Assembly (NCBI GenBank): GCA_016748015.1
Contig: JAAOMT010000494.1
Span: 124,001 to 188,000 of the forward strand
Source of the DNA: Geosiphon pyriformis uo1
Lineage: Eukaryota > Fungi > Glomeromycota
DNA: 64,000 bases
Direction of reading: 5' to 3'
Below are positions 36,785 through 52,674 of this stretch, one piece after another. Below the pieces are notes generated by a model. It saw nothing but the letters and a program-made list of their open reading frames with translations, was not told the origin of the DNA and ran no database searches. Both the position numbers and the translations under genes were made by a program. Numbering within the stretch: position 1 is the stretch's first letter; each line of letters starts with the position of its first letter.

Positions 36785-38440
36785 GAATTTAGATAACCAA
36801 CCAGATTGATTCCTCACTGACTGTTAAATTTCTTCGCATGGTAGTATATCTATATTATCGCTAGCTCCCATTTAATTCTGTAATCATTTTGTTTGTGATT
36901 TTCTTATCGATTTCTATTTTTCTCGGAGATCAAAAAAGTTACTAATCAATTGAAGCATCATACGCAGATCAATTGACCATTTAACAAGTTCCTCGGCCAA
37001 CAGAACATGAAAGTAGAGATGTGATAGATTGAAACATCAAATTCCGGCCTTTGATAATTGAGAATTTGATGATTTGATTTGATTGATTGTGTAAGTCAAA
37101 GATTGAAATATTTCGTTAATTTTAAAATACTTTTAATCATCATAAAAAGGGTTTAAATTAGCTTTCTCAAAGTCTTTATTTTTCGGAAATGAATTAATAA
37201 GTGAATATTTTAAGTAGCGTACAGTTTATAATGTACATGTATTTACATGTAAATGTAAATAAACAAAATTCGTTGCCGTGGTAGCAAAGATTATTTGTGC
37301 TGATCAACTGATTAAAACAAATTTAATTGCATTACACGAGAAAATGCTGTTGATGATTGAGAAAATTCTTTCTGAAAAAAAAAAGCAAAATAAATCCAAA
37401 AGTTTTACCTATCAAGTAGATTTTGCTAACATCTTATTTGATTAGAATATTCATGTTGAGAAACAGCAAGTTTGATTGGAATACGATACGAGAACAGGAT
37501 TTAAAAATGTCTAACAATTTTTCAAATTTCTATCGTGAACTCATCATTTCCTGCGAGATTTTTTTACAGGCTCAGAAACTTGTTGAAAATTTTTTTTCAT
37601 ACTAGGTAATGGAAAGTGGCAAAACATCCAAGAAATTGAAAACCTTTGATAAAGTGAGCTTTTCCTCTTTGAAGCTGGAAACATTCAAATTTGAATTATT
37701 TAGATTGAACCACTTTAATTCTCAAGATATGGACATATGAAATTAAGGCAATTAAATTTTAATTTTTTATTGGGTGTTAGCCCAAGAACCTCATATAACG
37801 CTATTTTATGTTTGTTAAGAACCCAAATCTTTCTCCTTCCTGTGTCTTCTTTGAAGATAGGTACGATATCATTATCGAATGATACCCAATAGATTGAATT
37901 CTCCAATAAAATGGTACTGATTTTGGAAAACATGATTAATAATTCAACTTATATGAGAATGAGAAAGTTATTTATTATACCAAAAAATATTTTATTGGAT
38001 TCAAACCCGTTATTTTGTTTTTATTTTTAAAAAAAATAAAATTTCAAAATTTAAATGAATAATCTCAGAAAACAAAACATTCCCCTTTTTATCAAATCAT
38101 TTGGATCCTCAGTCTAAATTTACAAGAAACAAAATTTTCCTTTTTTAATCTGGTATTATGTTGCATTACCAACGCAAATTACAAGCAGCCTTTCATTCAT
38201 ATTATTTTGGTGGAACCTAAAAAGGTTAGTACAAGGGGGTATCTTTTTCTTTTTCAAAAAACTTGGAATATACTCTAAGCCGAAAATTTTGATGACCAAT
38301 GCAAACAATTAAATTTGTGTGTAGTATACAATCACAGATTGGTAAAAAGTGTTTTATATGCATTCCCGAAAATCAAAAATAATTCAAAAATAACCTCTCC
38401 CTTGGTCTTATTATGAATAGTTGGAAAGAGCAAATGCAAA

Positions 38441-39731
38441 ATGCCTGAACTTATTCAAGATATTCTGATTCAAATATTTGAAAATTTAATAGGCAATTAT
38501 TCTTTCACATTTGGTCGTCCGCGATTTCGGGTATTGTATCCGTGTCTTTTGGTGAATCGTTTATGGTTTCACACGACAATCATAATCCTTTATAGGGAGC
38601 CATTCATAAGAAGAAATACAATTGGATACAAACTTGTTGGAACTTTCATTTCTTGCCTAGATCAAAAGACAAAAAAATCTTTGTCACAAAATGGGGTAAC
38701 ACTACCAAATTTTGAAGGCTGCTCCTACTTGGGATATCCTTCATTTTTAACCAATCTGCATTTTGATGCAATGTTAAAGAACATTGGCGAATGGTGTAAT
38801 ATTTATTGTTCTGCATCACTACCACCACCACCACCACTACCATTGGAGCAAGCTCCCTTTACCATGTTTTCAAGGTTTTTTCAAAAGTCACAAAAGCCTT
38901 CAACCGCAATTTCTGAAGTGGTGCTAAAGCCAGAGATGAACGAAGAGCAAATGATTCTCGTTGATGCTTTGCTCACTTTGTTCAAACAACACGATGTAAA
39001 ACTACGCAAACTTCGTGTTAATTTTTGCCAATATCAGCCTGTGAATTTTCGAAATAATATGACATTGGTTGAAAGTTCACAGTTTCATTCTTTAATCTCG
39101 AATCTTCACGAAATTTATTTGACTGTAGAAATTTCGGCCAATGATTGTTTTTTTGTAAAATTGAAAGAATTTTGTCAAAATTTGGTAGGTCATTCAATCC
39201 TTTCGCTTTTTCTTTTTGATTCTCCTTAATGAATATAGCAAACCTTGATTTAAATAAATGCGTTTTCTTTCCTCACAGGAACTTATATTGATTGAATTTG
39301 TGACTGAATCATATCATTTCTCAACAGTTACTATTGATGGTGAAGGTCAAACTGACTCTCGCGAAACAAGCATAGCTAATCTTATTAGAGCACAAAAAAA
39401 TTTAAGATGCCTAATAACAATTGGAATGTCAAACCCATGTTGTAACAATATCATAGAGGCTCTTTCTTCTCAGGCAAATTCACTCTCACGAATTGAATTC
39501 TTGTGCACAAATTTCAAGAACTCGTTGCCGTGGAATGGCTTGGCTTTGTGCAAACAATTATCTTCAATTACACTGGGACATTGTCAAAATTTTGATGATT
39601 CGATGGCTGAGCCGTTATTCCAAACCGAATTCGATAAATTGGAGAAAATCTTAATTGGCACCCCTAATAATTGCCCACGGTTGAATGAATGGGGTACAAA
39701 ACAACTTCAACGAAAGGCATCTTTTCTATAG
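38441..39731 (+). CDS. F-box-like / RNI-like LRR protein; exons 38441-39184, 39279-39731
   Basis: MPELIQDILIQIFENL...LYPCLLVNRLW...ILYREPF N-terminus, Y..FL..L, and C-terminal LIRAQKNL / SQANSL..IEF LRR-like units. Confidence 0.85.
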
Positions 39732-40487
39732 TAAAACCGAGTTTAAGGACTCAATTATCTAAATTTCTAGAGAGTATTACAAATATATTCTCACAAACAG
39801 TTCACCTTTTTTGAGGTTAAAAATTCTAGTATCGAAAAAATAAATGATCAAGCTCAACATCGACTTCTTAAAATATTTAAAGCTTTATTCATTAGCGCCA
39901 AGATCTGATAAGAAATAACGTCTTTTCACTGTCACAATTAGCATTTCAATTTTGAGTATCCTTTGAGTCTAAATTTACACAAGAAAACCACCTCTACTAC
40001 ATGTATTAGATTTTTGTAAAAATTCCCAGTCCCCTCCCATGTTTATTCTCATTTCATCAGTGAGAAAATCATGTAACATATTCAGCAAGCCACAGACCAG
40101 CCAATAAATTATCAAGTTCTAAAATGGTATATTGTGGGAATTCTAGTTTATTTATTCATCTATTTTTGTATTTTATTAATTAATTTATGGATAAATTTAA
40201 ATTTTGGCTTTAATAACAGGTAAGTAAATATTTCAAAAAATTCACTTGTAAGAAAGTACACATTATATTGTGAGAGCTTTTATTATGTGAAGAATAAAAA
40301 CTCAAGAAACTTTGAACCAATTTCAAAATAATGTTTTTATGGTATTTTCACTCTCTTCGAGGTCTAAATGAAATTCGGGATTTTGAAATATGACATGATA
40401 AATTTGTGATTTGTAAATTGAATATCATACTGTGCAGTGAACCTTAATTAAGAAAATAAGGATAAAGACAATTATGGTTTCACTTTA

Positions 40488-40522
<35 letters not shown>

Positions 40523-40617
40523 ACAATGCTTTTAGAGAACACAACATTAACTAAATAAAACCCGACATCATAATAAGCCGATTAGACCATCCAGCTTTAA
40601 CACCAATCCTCTCAAGA

Positions 40618-42192
40618 ATGGAAAATCATTATCGTTGTTTGAATGGTCTATCAACAGATTTCTCAAAACTTTTAGAAAATGCTGATGATTATAATGTCAT
40701 CATCACGGTTGGCGATATACAACAACGTGATAATTTCAAATTTGCACCGAAACAATTTCAAGCTCATTCAGTAATATTACGAGCGAGATGCTTATATTTT
40801 CAAGCTGCTTTATCAAATCATTGGGCGAAAAAGGAGATGGAAAATTTTATCTTAACAATGCCAAATACCTCGCCGGATGTTTTCGAATTGATTCTAAAGT
40901 AGATTCTCTCATCAACTCTCCCTAGAAATAGTTGAATCTAAATTTGGGTACTTCAACAACAGCTTAATTATAAATTTTGTATTTACAGATATGTTTATGG
41001 CGGCGAAGTAAGAATTTCCCAAGAAACAGATATCGTGGGTCTTTTAGAAACAGCTGATGAACTAGGACTCGAAGAGCTTTTTTCACATGCCGAGGACCAC
41101 TTAATTCGATACGAAGCAGAATGGATATATGAACATTTGTTCAAAGTAAGTGAAGTGGCATTCAAATTACCGACGGCCGAAAAATTGCGGGTTTTCTGCC
41201 TCGATATGATTACTTGTTCCTCTGAAAACTTCTTTAAGAAAGAAGAATTTCTTTCAACAAATCAGGCAGTTCTGATTGCAATTCTTCAACAAGAAGAAAT
41301 CAAAATAGACGAAGAACAAATGTGGCAGCATGTATTGGCATGGGGCATTGCAAATACTTCTTCAATTGAACATCAAAATATAAGAGATTTAAATAATGAA
41401 AGTTTATTAGAATTAAGAGAGACAGTACAGCCACTCTTACGGTATATCAGATTCATTGATATTCCAAGCTCTCATGTCATTAATAATCAGTCGATTTTCG
41501 AGAAGCTCCTCCCATCAGAATTGTGGCTAGAATTAAAAGAGTATTATTCCACAAATATTTTAAAATTTACACCAACTCTTTTGCCTCCTCGCTCTCGACT
41601 ATCCTCTCAGATAATCCGAAAATATCACAGTGATTTGATCGCTAACTGGATTGAGGGGCCTGACTATACAGAAACTGGCAATATAGGAAGCCCATATATA
41701 TTCAGATTGATATTTCGTGCAAGTCTTGAAGATTTCTCATTGAAAAATCTTCAAAAAGAATATTTAAACGTACCCATAATCATTGTAGCAAAAGTTGCCG
41801 GTACCGAAGAAATTATTGGAGGATACACACCGACCCTGACGAGTGATCGAAAGAACAAATTTATAACCACAAGAGATTCATTTATTTTCTCGTTTGCTTC
41901 CGAAAACAATAGATTGGATTTTAATCAGAGTTTTAGCGAAACTTTCAACGAGCCTAGACATACAAAAAATACACTTAGTAGAGTTCAGCTGGATTGTTGG
42001 GAACGAGCTGTTACTGACATTTTCTATGGGTTTTTGACGTTTGGAATGAGTGATTTGAGAATCGGAGGTATCTTAAACCCCAAAAGCGGATTTTGCCGAC
42101 GAGGTATTTATGATCGGCGAATTAGGAATGTGGATGGTGGATTTCTTATTGAAGAGTATGAACTCTTTCAAGTCATAAGGATACGAACATAA
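40618..42192 (+). CDS. BTB/POZ-BACK-TLDc domain protein; exons 40618-40898, 40989-42192
   Basis: BTB: DYNVIITVG, FQAHSVILRARC.YF.AAL, FELILKYVYGG. BACK: EEQMWQHVLAWG, IRF. TLDc: LIFRAS, EIIGGY.P, T.DSFIFSF, FG.SDL, IEEYELFQV. Confidence 0.93.
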
Positions 42193-42559
42193 ATTGGACA
42201 TTTTTACATATTGTGAAACCTTTTATTTTGGGATAGGATTTAAAACATTTGTTGTTTCACTTTTTACGCAAGAAGCTTCATTGGGTTTCAATATTATCAA
42301 GAATTTTTGTTACTAATTTGCATAATTTGGATAAAATCATAGAAAAATCATTTTAATATTAGAATCATTTCTATTTCATATTACACCAAAGTATAATTCC
42401 AAATCAAACGACTTTGACAATTGATGAAATAATTTTATTGCACAAAGATATTTCTCTTTATCTCTATCTTTATTCTTCTGCACTATTTTCTTTATGTTTT
42501 TTATAAAAAGCATTATTAGAAGTTTTTTCTATCTTTTATAGTAATTAAAGTGCGAAATA

Positions 42560-45500
42560 TTTTCAACTGTTTTTTGGTTTTTAGCCAACTTATGCTAATC
42601 CAAACTTCTTACATTTGTTTTTATATAATTAAGAATATTTAAATTATTAGCTTTCTTTATAATAAAAAGCCAATCATAATTAGAATTATTTAATTTAAGA
42701 GATAAAGACTTACAAATAAAGATCAAAAGCTTTTAGTAAATTAATTTAATTACCACAAATTATTGTATCCAAATCAGCTATGGTGTTGTCTTAATATTAA
42801 CAAAATAGTTTTTTTGTATTGTAATTTAGTAATTATTGAAAATATAATTTTATAAATATATTTATAATGCAATTCTTAAAATAAACAACAGTATTATTAA
42901 ACATATAACTTAAATTTAAATTTTTAATTATATTGTTAATATATATAATTATTTTTTAAGATAATTAAACCATTAATAATTATTATTCTGCAATTTTGTA
43001 ACTTAACAATATTTACTAATTAAAATTAAAGTTAACATAAAATTTTTATAATTAATATACATTATTATTCTTTTAATAAATTACTAATAAATATTAATTT
43101 AATTTGTATAATATATAAATATACAATATTTAAAATTATATAGCATAAATCTTTTTTATAAAATAAAAATAAACAACTTTTTTCTATTATTTTTAGTAGT
43201 TTTAATACTTAAAAAGCTTTTTAAGAAGTAAAAACAGCTAGATAGCATTATTTTTAAATGTTTTTCTTAAATATTATAAAAACAAAGCAGTCTTTAATTG
43301 CTAAAAAATCATTTTTATTGGGTTTAAGTAAAGTTTTTTAAACAAATAACTAAAACTAATCTTAATGTTTTATTATTAAATAAAAATTTAAAATTTTTAA
43401 TAGCAAATTAATATTTAAGCTATTTTTTTTAATAATTTTTATTATTATTGCTTAAATAATCAAAAGAGCAAAAAGCAATTTCTTTTTTTTTTGAAAAATT
43501 ATTCTTTTAATATTTTTTAAAACACTATTTTTAACTTAAAACCTGCTTTTTTTGTAAAAAATAAAACAATAACTTTTTTATTTCTCTAATATTTATATTA
43601 ATTTTGTTACAATTGTTTCAATTATAGTATTTAATCTCAATTTGGTTATAAACAGTGGTTTATTATTATTTAAATAATAGTAATAGCAATATATCTTTAT
43701 ATATAATTTTACTAATTAACTTATTAAATCATCTGATTTTAAAAATTAAGTTAATTAAATAAAAATTAAAGTACTTTTTATTGTTTTTTAAGATTGTTTT
43801 TATTTCTAAAAATATTTAAAAAATTATTATAAATTAATAAAAAATTTTAAATAAATAGTCTCTATTTTAATATTTTGGTTTATATTAAGATTAGGTTTTA
43901 GTTTTTGTATAAAGTTTACATTTTAGGTTTTAGTTTTTGTATAAAGTTTACATTTTAGGTTTTTTTGAATACTATTATTAAAATTAAGCTTGCTAATTTA
44001 ATTTTTTACTATTTTTAAGATTGGACAATTTTTTGTAATATTTGAGTTTACTTTAGCTTTTGTTGTTATTGTTTTTTATAATGTTTTTTTAGAAACCATT
44101 ATAAATAATTTTATAAATGCTTGAAGTATTTTTGATAAAGTTTTTAGTATTAAATTAAAACCTATTAATCAATAAGAATATAATATTACATATTTTAAGT
44201 TTATTGTATTTTCAAATACTGTTTTAATTTATTGATTAAATTTGGTAAAAAAAAATAATATTAATATTTTTTTTTAAATTAAAAAGAGTGTTTAAAAAAA
44301 ATTTTATTATCAAGTTAATAAATCTTCTTTTTAGTTATATTTTTTACAAAATAAAAGAGTTGTTTTTTAAGTACATAATTATACTTGTTTTATTCTTTTT
44401 TTTAGATTTTATTTAATAGTTAAAATATGGTATTGTTATTTTTAGTTCTTAAAAAACTTGAATGCTGCTATTATTAAAACTAATACTTTAAAAAGTTAAA
44501 TTTGGTAAAAACTTTTGGTTATTAATATTGTTTTAAGTGTTAAAATTTAAATTATTTGGTTTTTAAAATATATATAAAGTTTTATATTAAGAATATTATT
44601 TTTTTGGTCTTTTATTATATTATTGTTATTAATTTTATAGTTGATTTTAAGTTAGTTTTTTCGGAATTTTAATTAACAAAGTTGACTTTATTAATTAAAT
44701 ATATTATCAAACTTATTAATTTGAGTAAAATATAATATTAATTATTTTTTTAATAATAATAATCTAAGTTTTTTTATTAATAAAATATTTTGTTAAAATA
44801 ATTGTTCTTTAAAAGCTTTAAGATTTTTAATATCAAGTTTAATATATATAAAATTACATGATTAATTTAGTTTTTAATAGTAATAATTTAATTTTTTGAA
44901 GTTTGTTAAAATTTAAATTTAAGTTAATAAATATTTAAATTAATAACATTTAATATTTTAATCAATTATATATTTGATTTAAGTTTTTAAAAAACAAATA
45001 ATTTTTAATATTTATAATAAATTTTATTTTGACATTTATAAAAAACTAAATTTACAAAAAACTAAACTTTATAATTATAGACTTAACCAAACCAAATAAA
45101 TTTTACAACTTGGCTTTCAAAAAATTAATTTAAATTCATATAATTTATTAATAAGAACACCAAAAAAAATAAAGTTAAATATTATTAAAAAACCAGTAAT
45201 ATTAACATAATTATATCAATAAACTAATTAATAAATAAGAACAGCTTTAAAAGATTTAAAAGATTTAATAACATATCATTATAAATTAGCAAATTTTAGT
45301 TTAATACCAAAAACTTTATTAAAAATATTTTTAGTATTTTTGATTTTGTTAAAAAAAATATTTAAAAAATTATTATATAAAATTAAAATAACAAAAATAA
45401 AAACAAAAACAGAAATTAAAAAAGATTTTGCAATTTTAAAAGTAGTAGTAAAAAAAAAATTAACAAATTTAATTTTGGTAACAACATAATTTAAAAAATT

Positions 45501-46100
45501 AAATTTTTATATTATAATTAAGACTTTTTAAATATTTAATAATATAATACTATTGTTTAAATAAAAAACAACAAAAAACAAAAATTAAATATAAAATAAT
45601 AATATTTTTTTAAGTTTATTTAAATTGTTTTTGGTTTGCTTTAAAATTAAATATCTACTTTTATAATTTTAAAAATGATTAAACTATTAAATATTTTGTT
45701 AAAAAATATTAAACTAATGAAAATATAATATAAATTATTAAACATAGTTTTGTTTTGTTTACTTTATTATGCTAATAAAAATTTTAAATAAATATAATTT
45801 AATAAATTTTTTTATTAACAAAAAAAAAAGATTCTGTTGGTAGACTATAAAAAAATTTTTTAAAAAAAAATTTTTGAATATTCTTTTATTACTTTGTAAA
45901 TAAATAAATAATTAAGTTTTAATAGCTTTTTTTTAACAGTTAAAAAATTGCAAAGTTTATTGTAAAAATTTCAAAAAAAGTATAAAAATATTTAAATAAT
46001 TCAATTTAATTTTTTATTTTTTATTTGTTTGAAAATTTATTTGATTTAATATATAGTTATAAACGTTAAAAAAGAGAATACAAATTTTGTTAATATTCAA
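42560..46100. other. Extremely AT-rich, essentially CpG-free block; probably heavily decayed repeat DNA
   Basis: No ORF over 60 aa and almost no CG dinucleotides. Contains a perfect 32-bp tandem duplication at 43891-43954. Confidence 0.5.
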
Positions 46101-49068
46101 AATTTTAATAAAAATTTTAAGAATAAAACACAGACAATTCTATTCAAACAAGTTATAATCAAATTGTTGGTATTGAAAAAAAAAAAAAAATTCTTTAAAG
46201 AATAAATTTTAACTATTAAAATTTATCCACTATTTAAAAATATACACAATCTAATAAAGCTTTTCTAAATCAAATTTCAATTATAAAGCCAAATAAAAAG
46301 CATTTTTATTATAATCCTTGTTTTAATATTATTGCTTCTAATTTTCATAATTGATATAACTCATCTTAATTTATTAATCAATCAAAGAATTTTTGGAAAA
46401 TTATGTGTACTTTCAAACTTTTTTGAAAATTTCTGAGCAATGATAAATTAATGATCTTTGTTTGGTGTTTCAGAAAGATAAAATTGATCAAAACATTAGG
46501 TTTGCTATAATAATATTAAAAATTTAGACTTGATTATAAGAATTATTAGTTTCTAAATATTGATCACTATTTTATTGTGTATTTCATTTAATTGATGAAA
46601 GGCAACTAAAAAAAAACTTTTTGTAATCTTCCATAAGAAGCTTGGAGAACCTAAATGAGATTAAAAATCTTAATATTTGCAATTTTGCAGTAGAATACAG
46701 CTGGGCAATAAGATACTCGATGTTCAGGAAAGTCTTAACATAGTAATGAAAATAATATTCAAAGTCTTGAAATCTCGATTAGTTTAAAAGCTATGAAACT
46801 CAAAATTCAACACGTCATCTATCCTAAATATTAGTAACTTAAGCGGTGTATTAGACTTTAGGCTTGGGGGTTAATTTCTTTGTCTGCATTCTGGCCAATC
46901 ACACCAAAAAGGTCGAATACGTTGATGAAAACGTATTAAAATTCTTTAACTATCAAATTTAAAAAAGGATAAAATGTTACAAGTTCTCATAATTCAGTAA
47001 TAAAGGAACTTATTAGGGGAAACCATATAAACTATGATAATACTCATCAAATTCTTTTCCATTCACAAGAAAAACATTATGAGATTATAATAATGAGTTC
47101 GAATATTTTTATGCAAACCCATTGATTTTGTGAATGACTTAAAACATATAGCAAAATTCTTAAGGATTTCATGATCTTGGCAGATTCGGATGTTTGATGA
47201 ATTCTCTTCAATCTAAAAGAACACATAGTCTTGATTTTTATTTAAAAATTTATGAATTTGGTAAAATTATTTAAGGTCATAAATTTCTGCAAACTAGAAT
47301 TTTTTTGTTTTAATATTATCTACAAACTTTATATATTATTGAAAAATATAAGTGTACTTTTGAGGGATGTAGTAAAGTTTTTGTTAAAAAGCATTTGATT
47401 TCACTAATCACACTGGGCCAAAAAGTCTTTATCTTGATTGAACAAAAAAGTTACATAAAATACCAGCAATTAAAAAATCATCAAAATACTTTCAAAATAA
47501 TAAACACTAAAAGTTTCAGCTTTATTACAGCCATAGTAAAAAAATATAATTGTTTAAATAAGAGAGTTATAATTATAAAAAGATAGTTTTTAATTTCATC
47601 TCTTATTTATATATGTACTATTTAATGATACTTTAAACTTTTATGAACTTTTAACTATTTTCCCATTAACAAGCCTTATATACTGAGAAGTTTTGGTTTC
47701 TCTGAATTTACAATAAATTTTACTTTAGATTAAACAAGAAAATCCGACTGAATCGCTTCATCAAAAATTACTCCCAAATTCATCATGACACAGTAAGTTT
47801 TAAAAAAAAATTAGTTATTATCCCATACTTCAAATACTTTTTAAGGTGATTCCCAAGAAACGTGTTATCCAAAAAAAGCTTTCACATATTTCTGAAACAT
47901 AAAACAAGATATGCAAATTTAAAAGTTTGTTTCAAATTACCAAACTTGAAATTTAAAAATTTTCAGTGCACCAAAACAAAGAAAACTCTAAAAAATTCAA
48001 AGACTTTGAAGCTTCCTTTTTTTACTCTTTGTTTGATATTAATCTCACAAAAAAGTTTTAGAATTTTATTTGCAGTCAAAAGAATTCTCCTGCATTTCGT
48101 TCAAACTTCAAAACTTTTATTATTATCAAGAGTTAAATACAATAGCTGGTTTATATTTCGGCTCAAAGAAACATGTTACATTTATCTTTCGGGTAATAAT
48201 AGTTTTGAAATTTCAAAAACAATGTCCATAATATAATTAATTAAAAAAGATGCATATCAAATGCGGGATTTTAATTCTTGTAAGTTTAATATGCATGCGA
48301 ATGATGTATTAAATTTTTCCTAAACATTTTAATAAGAGTATCTTTTACATGAAAAAATTTGCACCACCATTGGTTTTCGAGAAAAATTCCAAAAATCTTT
48401 TGAAGTAACGAAAACTCTGTTTAATACATTAATGAACTATTAATAAATAAGCAATTTTATTTTAAGCATAATTATATAATTATATAATTGATTTTCAAAT
48501 TTGGAGGCAAAACTATAAAAGCAGCGGGATATTTCGGTTTTTGACTTCAAACTTACTTAAGATTTATAAATAGAATACAACAACAATATCAATGATTATT
48601 ATTCATCATTAATTGGTTTAATATTAATCGGTATTGCAAGTTTAGAAATTTGTTTAAAATGAAAATTATTTGTGCTTTCATAATTTTTAAAAGGTTACGG
48701 CTTCGGGAGTTTTTAACGTATCTAAAGAAACAAGAAAGAAAATTTGAGCTTCAAAGGAGCCAAACAGACAAAAAATTGAATTTGATGCGAAAGTTTCCCC
48801 TTGCTGAAAAAGCAGTGCTAGCATTTTTCTAATAAAACCCGTCCCCTTCAATATAAATAAATAATAAATAAAAATTCATCAGTCAATAATAAGGTAACTG
48901 TATAATCAAATTTTTATTGAGGAGCATTCGAACATAGAATCTTTTACCAATTTAAATTGAAAATATACATAGTTGCGGGCATTCATTACCCGAAATATAC
49001 ATTAAACTCTGAAACCATTGTCATCAATAATTGTGGCTGGAAATTTTCTTTTTATTTCTTAACCCTTT

Positions 49069-49520
<452 letters not shown>

Positions 49521-50223
49521 ACCATTCTTCCCAAAAATTTTTTACTAGCAAGTTTTTATTACTGTGTTGGGAAATCAAAGTAAAAAAAGCTGCAGAAAAG
49601 TATTAAATTTTTTTTCAATCCAAATTATCCCTTTTTACGAAATCCTCCTGATTTTCACATTTTATTCTAAATTTAAGAATTTCAAGGGTAAATAAACCGT
49701 AAAGGGATGAAATTTTCAGTATACTCGAAATAATCAAAAAAGCATTCTCTGGTCAAATTTAACCCGTCATTCACAAATAAGGTTATGCAGAAATTAATCA
49801 CAACTGTTTCCACGTTCTGGAATTATTAAATATTTACAATATATAAATATATATTTATATTATTATTTATTTACTCTATCTGACATTATATATATTCAAA
49901 CTGAAACATACTATTCAAGTATCCCCATTGAGAGCTATTCTTAGGCACAGAATAGAAGTTACAAAGTCCTCGCATGGAAATGTAATTTTATTAAAAATAC
50001 ATCTAAACTACTAGTAGTGACAGATTAGTTCTCAAAAAGGCAACAAAAAGAAGATCGGTCATTTATTATGCAAGGTTTTTTTTTTTTTATTAATTATGTG
50101 AGGATCTATTCTTGGTTCATTAATCGATGCATTGTCTATCTTTCTATATAAAAGGATTAAACCAAAGCGTCATATATTTAATCAGAAAAAAAAAATGCTT
50201 GCCAAATATTAAAAAGAATTAAG

Positions 50224-52072
50224 ATGAATTCATCTACTAGCAAACTCATGGTCTTCTTTTGTCTCCCTATACTTTCATTGATTTGTTTTTCAACGAAATA
50301 TTGTAAAGCTCAAAATTATGAGCCATCACCACGATCTTCACATTCAGCAACACTTATTCAGGATCGAATTTATTATTTCGGGGGTCAAATAGCAAACGAT
50401 CAATATGATGATAAAGATTTTTTTTACTTGGACTTGCCCTTGAGTTTTCAATCAAATCGAGTTTCTTTTGTAAATTATTCCAAATTTGAAACAAACATCA
50501 CGATACCGTCCATCTATAAACCTACAAACGTTCTTGGTGGTGAAATGGGTAATAGGATATATTTATTTGGAGGATATGTGGTAAGCTTAAAAAAAAAAAA
50601 ACAAAAAAAAACAAAAAAAAAACAGATTGTAAAAATAAAATCACGCCCTAAATTTAAAAAATTACTAACTTTAATAAAAAATTTCAATATTTAGAAAAAT
50701 GATTCCATCTTTCTTAACGATCAAGTTTACACAATTGATGTAGTAGACAAACAATCTTCTTGGTCTGTAATTGTAAACGATACATTAACTAATATAGATA
50801 CATGGCCTAGCGGTCGAGAATCTTTGGCAGCTGTTATAGACAAGCAAGGAAGGATGTACATTTGGGGTGGATGGGGAATTACAGATAAGACGATATATAT
50901 TTTTGATACAAAGACAAACATTTGGAAAAAGAATTTACCAGAAGATGCTCCAAATTCAAGGGCGGCATATACGGCAACAATCTTGAATGACGGTCGTATT
51001 ATTTACATTGGTGGAATCATCTCGAGTACATACGTTCAAGCAGACATACAGGAAGTTGAGTATTTTGAAATATCACAAAGATTGGGAATCTTTACTAATA
51101 CCATGTATACTTTTTTCTTTCAAATTTTTTAGATTTTAATTTATGATACAGTTAATGAAAGTTGGAGTCAACAGGTGATTCTAGCATTTAATGAATTTTA
51201 AAGCTCGTTTTAATTCCTAGGAAGATTTGGAAAATTAAATTAAATTAAATTAAATAAAATAATTTTTTTTTTTTTTAGATGGCTCCCATTCAACCCAACA
51301 ATCCTCGATCTAGTCATTCAGCAATTCTAGGTAATTTCAGGGAATGAAAAAAAAAAAAATTCAAATTTCATCGTTTACTAAAATAATAATCTGTCTTTCT
51401 TACTTTTTATTTATTTATTTATTTATTTATTGTATTTTCTTCTTCTGAAAGCTCCTGACGGCCATAATATCATAATTTATGGAGGAGAGAATATTGATAT
51501 AGAGACTTCTTTATTAGTTTTGAATACTGATTTATTCACATGGTCCTATCCACTAATATCTAATCAGGGTCCCGATTATATACCAAATACTCACACGGCA
51601 AATTTATACAAAAACTATATGATTATCTCTTTTGGTAAAGAACGTCTTTTCTTAAGGAGGGGAAACAGCTACAAGGAACATCATGAAAAATTTGCTTTTT
51701 ATTAAACGACTTTTTATTTTTATTTTTTATTTTTTAGGTACTCGAAGAGGTAAACCTTCTTCAGACATCGACATACTAGATATTTCAAATCTTAATAATG
51801 TCACATGGATTGCAAGAAATTCAAAATTCTTTAATATTCAATATGGGATAGCATCTTATAATTCGACGGATTCAAATACCTATCAAAATTCAACAAACAA
51901 TGTTTCAAGCAACGACACTTTTCAAAATGATAAAAATTCAAATCCGGCAATAATTATTGGAAGTATAGTAGGTGGTGTAGTAGTAATAGGTATTTTGGCA
52001 GTGGTTGGTTTCTTTTTTGTTAAGAAAAGAGATGGTTCAGTGCAGGATAATCAAAATATGTCAGAGGTTTGA
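50224..52072 (+). CDS. Secreted Kelch-repeat (galactose-oxidase-type propeller) single-pass membrane protein, paralogue 1; exons 50224-50580, 50695-51054, 51133-51174, 51279-51330, 51452-51634, 51738-52072
   Basis: Signal peptide, repeats PRSSHSATLIQDRIYYFGG, IYLFGG, MYIWGG, IIYIGG and IIIYGG, a Ser/Asn linker, then TM IIIGSIVGGVVVIGILAVVGFFFV followed by KKR. Confidence 0.88.
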
Positions 52073-52173
52073 CAAGTTTAACAAAAAAAATATTAGAGCT
52101 TTAACAAATTTTCAATCTTTGGAATTTTTTTTAAGTGTTATATTTTTTTTTCTACTAATTTAATTTCTGTGAC

Positions 52174-52210
<37 letters not shown>

Positions 52211-52495
52211 TAATATGAGAAAAATGAAACCATTTTTTTTTATTTAGGCTTTTTTCAAAAGTATGAATAAAAGAGAAACTTTGACATTAATTTTTTATTA
52301 AAAGATTTGGAAATATTTTTCAGATTACCCTTAGATTTTTTATTTGGAATCATCATTAAAAGTATTGATATTAATGACGTTTTTCGAGGGTATTACGCGT
52401 GTAAAGAATTTGAAAAGTTTTTTTTAGAAATCAACAAAAAAAAAAAAGCTAATCATTTAATTTAAATATTTTGAAAGATTTCAAATATTTTTCCG

Positions 52496-52531
<36 letters not shown>

Positions 52532-52553
52532 AAAAAAAAAAAAAAATAAAAAA

Positions 52554-52591
<38 letters not shown>

Positions 52592-52674
52592 AAAGAAAAT
52601 AAAAGAAAATAAAGAAAATAACAAAAGCAATTACAAGTTAGTATTCNNNNNNNNNNNNNNNNNNNNAGAAATTG

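Noticed and set aside
47395-48832. Short Lys/Phe-rich ORFs
   Set aside because: Composition expected from AT-rich noncoding DNA, non-ATG starts, no motifs.
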